From the human T2T-CHM13v2.0 reference genome, Homo sapiens, in the NCBI RefSeq assembly GCF_009914755.1, contig NC_060934.1: DNA of 64,000 bases. The stretch is one strand, 5' to 3'. Position numbers and translations under genes: made by a program. Numbering within the stretch: the first letter of the stretch is position 1; each line of letters opens with the position of its first letter. Shown here in pieces: positions 40,576-51,728 of the stretch. The notes beneath the pieces were generated by a model, which saw nothing but the letters and a program-made list of their open reading frames with translations, made no database searches and was not told the DNA's origin.

Positions 40576-43500
40576 TAAGTTCTGCTAAGTTAACACTGTT
40601 ATTCCACTCACCGAGGCAGCCTTTTCAGTGCACTCTGAGCAGCAGAGGCCGGCCTGTCCAGGCCTGGGCTGTTTATACCGAAGCATAGCTCTGTATGTAC
40701 AAATCAAAACCCCCAAGTCTTCTAGTTGGGCCAGTGCTCCTTTTGCTTTGCGGATTGACCTTCATTTTCTGAATTTTCAGTAAGAAAAGTCCAAAAATAT
40801 AAATGAGCGGAAGGCTGCTTTTAAATGGCTTTTCTTTCCAGAGGCCCAAATGGAACCTCACCTTGCACAGACATGAACAGCTTCGAGGTTCTCTTTGGAC
40901 CTGATGGAGGAATCAGGAGGAATATGTAGTTTTCTAAAGCGAGTGATAAAAGCCACAAGCCTTTTCTAATTTCACATGGCATTTTTGACAGGTAAGCATA
41001 GTTTCAAAAGCTCAAAGAGCACAAAGATTTCTTTGGCTCAGTTGCTCTAAATAGCTCCTGTAGTTTTGAAAGAAGTATAACGAGCTCTAATTGCACTTTT
41101 ATTGAGTTTGCTGACATTTATGGATAGCACAAAGGACTCATCACAGTTAGACAGTTACTGTCTTCATTATCACTGTGTTCAGATTTCTAAAACTTTGTAT
41201 GTGCTGAGCCAGAAAGAGCTGCTAATCATGGATTAATTCATGATGGACAGGTGAACTCCAGAAAAGCAGTCACCCTTGGCAGCTTTCGTCCATCGAGCGA
41301 TTCTGAGAGAGGGAACCTCTGGGGTGAGCCCCGAAACGTTAGGTTGCGCTCAGATCAGCCCTGCACTTTGGGATGTCACTGAGCAGACTTCCCGAGTCTC
41401 CATGGCTTCCTGTAACCTGCCCTTTCCATTGGCTCTGATTTAAGCTGCAGCCTCTGGCACACCGATGGAAGCTCGCGGCATCGTGTTTTCCATCCACGTG
41501 CTCCCACAGAGCCAGGTTGTCCAAAAGGAAAATAATCCCACTCTGGAGAAGCAAAAACTGCTGGGGCTGCTAAGAGGAGCACACTGAGTAAACCACCCAC
41601 CTTCCAACAGAATCCGCCTTTTTTGTTATTTTTCCATTGCAGAAAGACGAATGGCGGGACAGGCAGGGCTTTTGAGGAGGTGTGGATTTCATCCTCCATC
41701 ATAAACGAGCAGAAACATACTTAACCCTCTTTCATCCTCTATGCCATCCAGCTTTTAATCCTCTATTGCTGTGCCCAACGAGGTACCAGCTGTGCAGTAC
41801 TGAAAGTCACAAGCAGTTGCTGAAGTTAGGCTGGCAGTGAGTGATACAAACAGAAGCTGCTTCGGTTCTGGGTCTGGTCTCAGAGGCTGGAGCTGTGCTC
41901 ACTCTGATGTCTTTGCCTCTTGCCGCAAGGGAAGTTGCTTGTTGTTTTTACTCTATATACAGAGCGTAAATCCATCCATCCTGCTTTAACCCTCCAACCT
42001 CACAATTTGCTGGGGGTCTTTAACGCCTAGAACCCAGAAATGTCACTTAAGCCTGCTGTGTGTGTCTCTCTCAAGGCCTCCAAAACCTCCAGTGTCCAGG
42101 TGTCAAGTTCAGAGCTAGCAGCAGTCAAGATAACTAAATATCATCAGCAGAGGGTGCAGACCTGCAAAGCCTCCATTAAAAATAGGAATCATGGGGTGGC
42201 TCCATCCAGTCACTTTCTGATTCACGGGAAGATGAAGAAATAATTTTGAAATTCAAAGTGGAGAGACTTACAGATTTGGAGGCAGTAATTAAATGCCATA
42301 TGTTAGCACTAACACATTGAAAAGTTGTTAATTAATTCAGGCAGCCCCAAATCCAGGTGTGACTTTGACAGATTGTACACGCGGGTGTTAGCGCAGACTT
42401 ACAATTAGAGATTTTTTTTTTAAATGAAGTTTCTATTCCCCTAACTTAAAAAAGTCACCCCGTGTATTTAAAGTATTAACCCATTCTCATCATATCATGG
42501 AAGGTAGACTTCAAATGGCTGCTGGTGTGGAACCCCTTTTGATTCTGTGGTCGTCGTTACTAATCACGGGGGACCCCATCTGTGCAGCACTTCATGTGTA
42601 AAAGCATTTCCCTGCCCTTATTCAGCGTCCGTCATGGAAAATGACTTTTACCCTTCAAGTGTTTTTTTGTTTTGTTTTGTTTTGGTTTTGTTTTTTTAAT
42701 TCCTTAAAGCACCTAGCAGAATACTGTGAACACAGTGCGTTTCATTTAAACTGACTTTCCTGTAGGTTGAAAAAATAAGTGAGATACTTAGTGCCCGTGA
42801 ATACTCAGGAAAAACTCACCAAGACGGTCATCAAAAGTTGATAAAAAAGTTAAGTGAACTCAAAATAACTGTGTTCTTGTAGAATGTTTACAAAGCTGTT
42901 AGGGACCCTCAGAATGGGAATTTGGGGGATGAATTGTATGACTAACTTGTCACTGGAAAACCAAAAAAACTCAGAAGAAAGCCGGGTGTGTTCAGTATTC
43001 CCCATATTGCCTTTAAAGCAAACACAGCCCAACTGTTGAAACCACGGAGCAACTTTGGCTAGTAAGAGATTCCCAAAGCCCAGCACTTCTGTGCACACGC
43101 ACAGGTGCGCTCACACGCCACACACACAGATGGAAGTTAACATTTTGATAACGTGGATGATGGAGGTTTCCATTTTTTTTCTTGGCTAATACTTGATATT
43201 TTTAAAAGTGCGAGTTATCTTTCTTCTTGTTGCCTGGCTGAGTTGACCTTGAGTGATGGCTAGGAAGTCAGCATTTCTTCATGAGTAGTTTCCATTTTCT
43301 TCATGTTCGTCTTAGGAAAAAAATCATTTTTAAGCTTACCCAGGAGCTGCATGGTTAATTTACTATGGCATCTCCCTGAAGCTCAAAACCTGCAAATTGT
43401 TTTAGCTAAATACCATAATTATAGGTTTAGCAGTGAAACCAAGGACTTGGTGGGAATTTTTCATTTGCTTTTGTTTAAAAGAACTAAAACCAGATTGTTC

Positions 43501-43611
43501 AGGGTAAGAAGAAACATAACAGGAATTTTATTTTTACTCTCATAAAAATGCCAGCCATAGTTTGCTGGGGGTAGGAGTCTCGGAGACGAGAGGGAAGGAG
43601 GAGTCCTGCTG

Positions 43612-43699
43612 ATTTTTCTCCCTTTTCTACCCCCTTTCCATCCCATCTCTCCCCTTCCTGTCCCATCTCTCCCCTTCCTATTCCTTTTCTCCCCTTCCC
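43612..43699 (+). repeat. Polypyrimidine low-complexity tract with an internal direct repeat
   Basis: tcccatctctccccttcct occurs twice in tandem within an almost pure C/T stretch. Confidence 0.85.
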
Positions 43700-46495
43700 G
43701 TTCACGGGAATGCCACTTTCTCACAGGGCCTCCCCCACCAGAATCCTCCCATGTTAGTGAGCACAGGCGGTGTAGACGGCCTGCAGCAGGTGGTGTGGAC
43801 GGCCTGCAGGTACACTCGTTGCCCAGGGTATCTGGTGTCTCTCTGGCTTAGCTGTCGCGCCTGTGCTGCCCATGACTGACCAGGCTTCACCAGTTCACAG
43901 CGGATCCATGCTACTTTGCCTTCTCTGAAGGGAGGAAAAAGAACTTGAATTAGAAGTTTTCCGTCAGCGTACAGGAGGTCAGGTCCTCAGCAGTCTCCCT
44001 CCCAGGAATTGGAGCCCGGGGTGCCTGTTGCCCATGTCTCCTCCGAGTCTGAACACAAGCAGTGGCTCAGGCCAGCTGATGCTTTCCTCACTGAGCTCCT
44101 TCTCTGCACATGAAGCGGAAGATGGGGCGTGCCATCCTGAGGTCGGGCTGCTTTCCGCCATCCACCCAAGCCAGGTCCCTACTGCCCCGCACTGTGCACC
44201 TTGCCTGGTTAGGACCTCTTTGCTCTCCCACCTCCAGTCTCTCCAGACCCTTCGTCCAGCTTCAATTCCACATCCCCCAGCGAGCCTTTCTCAAACACCT
44301 GGGTGCACGATTCGTAGTTTACAAGTATTGTGGAATCGTGCCTTTCAACTTGTATTCCTTGGAGCCCTAGAGTTTCTGCGGTGTCCCAGGAGCTGTCACA
44401 GTGGGGAGAGAGCTGGGTGGAAGGGATTCTGACCCCCCACTCACCGTCCCTGCCTCAAGAGCCCCAGTCACCCCGAGTATGTCACAGGCCACCTTCTCTC
44501 CATTTCTAGGAGAGAAAAGAGTCTAAACTTTCATTCCATGGATGACAAAACAGAGGTCCTCAGAGGTCAGCCTATTCTCCAAAGACACATATCAAACTCA
44601 TGGCAGCACCGGACCTAGAACCTTGGTCTTCTAATCACCGCCATTGCTCTCCCCTTCAAGCCTTCTCTCCTCCTCTGAACTTGGAGGAGACACAGCAGGG
44701 GAAGGAATCCTTGGCTGGGAGGAGGACTCCAGGCTGTGGGCCAGGCTGGATGACCCTAGGCAGGTCCCTCCCCCGCTGGACCTTGGGAAATCTTTTGGAG
44801 ACAGACAGAAGCTCCCTTAGGTCTCTTCCTTCCACTCTGGGATGCTATGAAGAGGAGCCTTTAGCTGTCTCCTCTAGGCCCTTCAGGGCCGTGCTGGCTC
44901 ATGGAGCAATCATGTGTGGCTCTTTAATTAAAATTACATTTTAGAAAAGCACTTCCTCAATCACACCAGTCCCTTTAAGTGCTCAGCAGCCACATGTGGC
45001 TTTAGTTTCTGTGTCAACAGCACTGTGGTAGAGGAACCCACCTGTTACCAGTACACCTGCCCCAGCCCCTTCTCAGCACAGAGGTGTGCTTTAGCGTCCA
45101 GAAGGAACTGGCCCCAGTAAGTCTGGGATAATTGCCTATTCGCTAAATGAAAATGAGACACTTCCTGTCCGGGGTAGGCATAAAAGAAACAGAAATAAAA
45201 GCCAATTAAATAGGAATGACAAGATGATAGTGCAGATTCAAAAGAAATAGGTATGCACAAGTGACTTAAAGCAGAGTCCTCCTCTAGCCCAGGACACTCT
45301 TCAGTCTGGCTGCAGCTGGCTAGCTTCTTTTTTTTTTTTTTTTAATTCTAAGAAATAGATTGAAATGAAACGATGGAAAAGAAGCAGGACTTCTCCCCGT
45401 GGGTGTCTGTGATGTCCTAAAAAAAAAAAAAAAAAAGGCACCTCTCCTAAAAAGGACTCCAAACGCTGTCCTGAGATCAGTTTTAACCTCGTCTTTCGGG
45501 CCGAAAGTAGTTCACATTTCCCGAGCACAAGCATGGAGATTTTGAGGAAAATCTCCCGGGCCCTGTGAAGTACAACGTGTCTTATCTTCCCCAATGTCAG
45601 GTGCCCAGGTTAGAATTTGCGTGTCGTCCTCATGATCCCCAAATGCACTTTTATTCCCCGAGAATCTTGCCTCCCGGTGGCTAGTACAGTATTGTTTCCT
45701 TCTTGATCATTTGTGAAGGGCTGGAAGCTCGGGGCCATCCAGGGTGTTTCTCCGGCAGCAGCCGCCCTGTTCTCCTCTCTAGAATCGGCTTCCTGTTGAG
45801 CGGTAACTAACCTGGCTGCTTAGAACCAGGTGCGGGACCTGGTTAGCACTGCATCACCAGTGTCACGGGAAAGAGGTACTTTCCTAGCTCCCCAGAGACG
45901 TAAGAATCTCTCTGATCTCTTATTCTTGTCTAGATCAGCAGGGATGAAGCTATTTGAAACAGAAAAATGTTTTCTTCCCTCGAATACTCTGTGAAAAGTT
46001 TCATTCGCTGTTTCGCTCCATCTGCCCCCATCGTCTTTCCTCTCCTGACCTTTCTCTGTCCCTGTCATTCAGGTTAAAAGACCATCTACAAAAAAAAAAA
46101 AAAAAAAAAAAAAACAGAATAAAATCTGTATCCAAAAATATCCCCAGAGAATGGTAGTGTTGAACAGTTATACAAGTACTTTGGAATTTTAGTCAGCGCA
46201 TTACTGTTAGTTTCTGAATAGGAGAAAAGAACTTAACAGCATTACATGTCATATTAAAACATTTTATTAGTAAGCACAAGCACACGGGGAGATGGGTTCA
46301 GGAAGCACCAGGTGGGAGGGAGTGGCAGGGTGGGGCGCATGGAGGGAGGAGGACAGCTGGACGTCTGCAGAGTTGGCCTTGGGACACGTGCTTGGTCTCA
46401 CGTGGCTGGGGCCTGGTTTGATGGGGTAATGAAGCATTGATTACAAGAAAAAAAGATGAAATGGCCTTTGCTCATTCGTTATTTTTATCTCCTAG

Positions 46496-46630
46496 CTGTG
46501 GAAGACAGAAAATTGTTCATAGGAATGGTATCGAAGAAATGTAATGAGAACGACATCAGGGTGATGTTCTCTCCATTTGGCCAGATAGAAGAATGCCGGA
46601 TCCTCCGGGGACCTGATGGGCTGAGTCGAG
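46496..46630 (+). CDS. CELF2: CELF2 coding exon C (135 nt, phase 1 to 1): RRM2 N-terminal half with RNP2 LFIGMV
   Basis: Acceptor ttatttttatctcctag|CT, donor GAG|gtgagt. Translates [45 protein letters not shown] (inside ORF 46456..46671). Confidence 0.97.
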
Positions 46631-47411
46631 GTGAGTGTGCTGTCTGGAAAGCCTCTCCCCTTCAGTGCTAATTGGAGCTCTGTGTCACAGTCGAGACAGA
46701 TGTAGGCACCGCACACGGCAAGAGGTCACCCTGTAATACATCCCATGTGATAAAGTTATCCAACCTGAACTTTTCACCATAGCTGAAATCATCACCTTTT
46801 ATTTCTCCAGTTCAGAAGGCCTTGGTGCCACCATATTAGCTCAAGTTATCACTGTCAGGTGTGAAGCCAACAGGCTGCCCTACTGCTAGGCATCCTTTTC
46901 AATCTCATATTGAAATGGATTTGGTGGGGGGAGGTGCAAGAAGGAGAAGTAGAAAATGAGAAAGGATATTTGTTGTTTTCATCTTAGTCCTCGGGCTTCC
47001 TGCCTGTGCCTGAAAGAAATGTTAAGAGTATGTTAAGAGTACAGTGACACAAACTGGGAAAAAAGCGTCAATGTTCACATGTAGTGCAGAGCAGATAGGG
47101 ATGTAGGGTAACTGGGCCTGTATTGGGGTATTAGAGTTTTATTTCAAAGAGCAAAACTCCTGGAGTCCTGAGCCAGGGGAACTCGTTAAGTGACAGAAAA
47201 GCGACTTTACCCTGAAGAAGATTGTAGGCACTTCTTTGCCACCATGATAGAAGCAGAAGCTGTAGCTCAGAGCCTTGACGATAAGCTGGTGTTTACAGAA
47301 TAGTTGGAAATCACTGTTGTTTTCCCTGTTTGCCTCTCCCTTGACAATGCCACACACCTCCTTCCTGGAACCACTCATAAAGGCTGACGCTGGAGGTTGA
47401 CACTCGTCTGA

Positions 47412-47741
<330 letters not shown>

Positions 47742-50700
47742 TGTGTTTTTCACTTCTTACAGGAAATCCATATTCTTAGCAACATGGAGAGGTTTTCATT
47801 CTCTTATTACTGCAGTTACCAGTGCAATTTCTTTGGGGCAAATGAGGAACTTGGTTTCCTTCTCAATCTCTGGCTCTGGGCCAGCACTGGCACCCCAAAC
47901 CACATGTTGAAAGAAAAGATTGGATCATGAGGATGAAAGCACTCGTCTTCACCCTTCTCACTAGTTTGACCTGACTTCAGCACCATGTGAGGAAGAACAT
48001 TTGCTCTTTTGATTCTTAAACATAAAGCTTAAAGATGTCAGCTGCTAGAATGGAAGGCCGAGAGAACAAAAGTTCCCACCTACAACCACCTCCAGAGCCC
48101 CAGCATGAAGGTAGTCTACAGGAGAACTAGGAGGCGGTGGAACCACGCCAAGCTTTTGATTCCTGTGTTTTCTTCGGAAGGTGGTTTAAAAAAAAAAAAA
48201 AAAAGGCGGCATGGAAATCAGTTTATGCATTCTCTAACAATTCTGAAATTTTGTTATATAACACTCACTTAAAAGATGTAATTCTCTAAAAGCTGAACAA
48301 GTCACTGTATTGAGTGTGATCCTGGAATAGCAGATCCAGTATCCGGGGCTCCTCTGCGGTTTTTCACCTGTGCCATCGTCAGGGGCAAGCAAAGCCATCC
48401 ATCGCTGTGGCAGACTGCACCACCTCTGGCTCCCAAACAGCCTCACCAGCCAAGGGATACTAGCATGCCTTCCTAGGGGCTCAAACCAGCAGACCTTCTA
48501 ATCACACCTGGTGGTCCAATTCTTCATCATATATATGTCCACTTAAGCAGACAAGCCAGGAGGGAGAATACCATGGGAAAAGACAGTGTGGCTAAATTAA
48601 GAATAAAATATGTAGAAAGATGTGATCATATTTTTGTGATTCCTTTTCTGGTGCCAATTTAGTAGTTAGAATCCCTGTTATCTCCTGTTGTTATTCTCAG
48701 TCACACTTCAGTGTTACCGTAGTAATTTTCATTCTCCAAGGTATGGAGAAACGGCACAAGGAGAGCCCTTAAATTACTCATAGCGAAATCTATAATGGCT
48801 TAGGGGCCAGTGACCCCAAGTTCCAGACCCACAACTTCTACTGAAATGAAATAGAACTTTAGTCATTTTATTTTCTTACCTCTGTCCTGAGCTTTCCCCA
48901 TTTGTAAATGACAGCCGTAACTATATCTGCCCTGCTTCTCTTGCAGGGAGTCATTCACGGCTGGTGTGCTAGCTTTTCGTCTGAGCATACCCTCTGCATG
49001 TGTTAGCGGAGAGACCCCGGGCGGGCAGTATGTGTGCTTGATTTCTGCTCCCCGTCTGCTGGCCTGGCTGATCTAGGCAGTGACTCTCTGGCACATTTTC
49101 TCTGTCTGTCCAGTGGGGACAGTAATGAACAGGATTGCCGCCTGCAGCGTTCAGAGCTCCTTGAGCATACATCAGTTATTTCTGCAGATCAGGTTTTAAA
49201 GCAGCCAGAACCTCCATGGGAAAGAGCAGGACACGCAGTACTTAACAAGAGAACTTAGCTAATTTGATCTGCCATTTGGTTGATTAACCAGCACTTGACA
49301 CCAGAAGCAGCCTGTTCCTGCAACAAGTGATGGGGAGCAGTCTCATCAATATTTTATGCAAACGCTGGCTCAGTGGAAAGAGGAGAAAACTTTTCCCTCC
49401 CCATCTGTTTTTTTTTTTTTTAAACAGCAGAAAAGTAATTTCTGGTGAACTGATGAGAATTCCCTGTTGCAAAAAAAGAAAAATAAGAAAGAAAGAAAAT
49501 ACTCATTTATAACCATTTATCCTGAGAACTGAAGACAGACAGTGGTACTTTTTTCAATTCGCAGGACCCAGGGACTCCTGGCTACAGGGGCCTGCTCCTG
49601 AATCAGTGTATTTGTTAAAAGCACAATTCTCTTTCATGCTACCATTTTGCTTTCATTAAAGAATTGCAGTTTTGAATCAAATATTAATGTGTCTCCCATT
49701 AGTGGCACTGCAGATAAAGGGCATTCAGCATTTCTGTTCTCAGCGTCTATTGCTGGCTCAGCTGTTTAAAAATAAATAAAAATTAAGTGAAACAAAAGCA
49801 TGGCTGCTCTGCACAGTACCTTGTAACACAAAACCAGGGTATACCCTCTTCCGTGAGAAAGTTTTAAAATCAAACTCTTGGATTATGGTGAGGGAGAGGG
49901 TGCAGCTGAGCGGTTCACTTTTCTTTTTCTGCTTTTGCCCAGTTCACCTAGGAGGATGAAGACAAAGGAGGCAACTAGTCTAGCTGGCTCCTGCGGATTT
50001 CTAATGTCATTTCTTCCCTGCCACATCAGTAGTTTCAGGTCCTCCCTAAGAGGGGTTACACTGAGGTTTCACCAGGCTAGTTGACCCAGTACCCCCACTG
50101 TGTCAGAGAGGTACACTGCCCTGACCCACAGCTGTACCCATCAAGTCGTGCTATACTTTCAGTCGGAATCACTGCCTTTTTTTTTTTTTTTGTAAGTCGT
50201 GATCTACCTTTTGGCAAGAAAAGAAAGTATTTTTAAAATCCCATCTTACTCAGCGGCCCCAGCCCATGTTCCAGGGCAGACACCCTCAGGAAATTGTCAC
50301 GACTCTACGTGGAAAGCACCTAACACCTGCCAAGCACCTGGAGCCTCTCGAAGATCCAAGGACTCTTCCTGGCTTGAGGCAGCGTAGCCATATCTCAGTA
50401 TGCGTTTCTCCCTTTGGGGAAGTAACCCATTCTGCCATCTTCTCTAATTTGGAAAACACTGAGATGCTTTCAAGCAACTTTGGGATGCTCAGCACCTTCT
50501 GCAGCAGCTGCTCAGCCTCTCCAGGCCTGCTGTAGAAGCCTTCATGGAGAAAAGAAGCAGGATGCCATGGGCCCACATGTGGCAATTCACATGAGGTGTT
50601 TGCTCTCAGAAGCAGAGCCTGAAGTTTCTAAGCCAAATGTGCTTGATCGACAGCATCACCCTAGCATGTTGATTTCCTAAAATACACACACTCTCACTTA

Positions 50701-51050
50701 CCCACAATCCCACAGTCAGCCTGGGCTATTTAGGTACAGGGTTTTCTGCACCGTGGCAGTTGAATATCTGTAACCCAGAGACAGTAAAGGAGTTTAATTT
50801 TTTTCCCCCCACAAACTGTAGGCAAATCTTCACTGCCATTTAAGGTAACTTTCTGCTTGTTTAAGAATATTCCAGCTGTGTTTATGGTGTTCCAACATTC
50901 CCCTGCCAAAACCCTTGACAAATGAATTGGCAATATTTTCAGGGATGTTGGCAAGTACAGACTGGATTTAGCTATTAAATCCTCATTGGTTTTTGTCATA
51001 TCTGATCAGAATACAGGAATGGGCTTTTGACTATTAAAACATGTACACAG

Positions 51051-51149
51051 TGCTTGGGAGGCTGATGCAGGAGGACCACTTGAGCCTGGGAGTTCAAGAC
51101 CAGCCTGGGCAAACACAGCGAGATGCTGTCTCAAAACAACAACAACAAG
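51051..51149 (+). mobile_element. 5'-truncated FLAM/AluJ monomer with a (CAA)n tail
   Basis: gggaggctgatgcaggaggaccacttgagcctgggagttcaagaccagcctgggc; TSD catgtacacag at 51040-51050 and 51150-51160. Confidence 0.88.
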
Positions 51150-51694
51150 CATGTACACAGAAATGAATCAGTTTTCACACATTTCAGCTCTGCCCACACA
51201 GTACCTAAACATTCAGATGTGTGGGAACTTTGGCGACATGCCCCCTTGACTCCTTACTGCATTTGCCATCTTGTTCCAAATACAGACTTCCAATCTTATC
51301 TCAGTGATGAGATTTTGCCAGCTATTAAGTAGGTCCTAGTCTGTACCCAGCCTCGCATGCCATAAATGAGTGATGTGTCTGTGCCAGTTTTAAATAAAGT
51401 AACTCAGCATCAGGGATGGCCCATCAGAGTATTAATTCTTATGCCCCAATATTATATTGATAGCGTATGTTTAACGTTGCTACTGCTTAAAAGATACAAG
51501 GAAGATTGACTGCATTAAGATATTTCTTTGGCTGACTAGGAACTTATAAACAAGTTTTCCATAGGTTAAAATCTCCTTTGTCCTACACAAGTTATACTTC
51601 TTTCACTTGAAGTATAGTGGGTACTACACCTTTTTCAAAGAAGTAACAAAGAAAAGCAAGAGGCCCTGGCATTGTTCATGCTTTTAAAAGTGGC

Positions 51695-51728
<34 letters not shown>

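Noticed and set aside
43460-43509. 22-nt exon candidate (aaag|...agg|gtaaga)
   Set aside because: Weak AAG acceptor with an A-run before the AG, and no other support.
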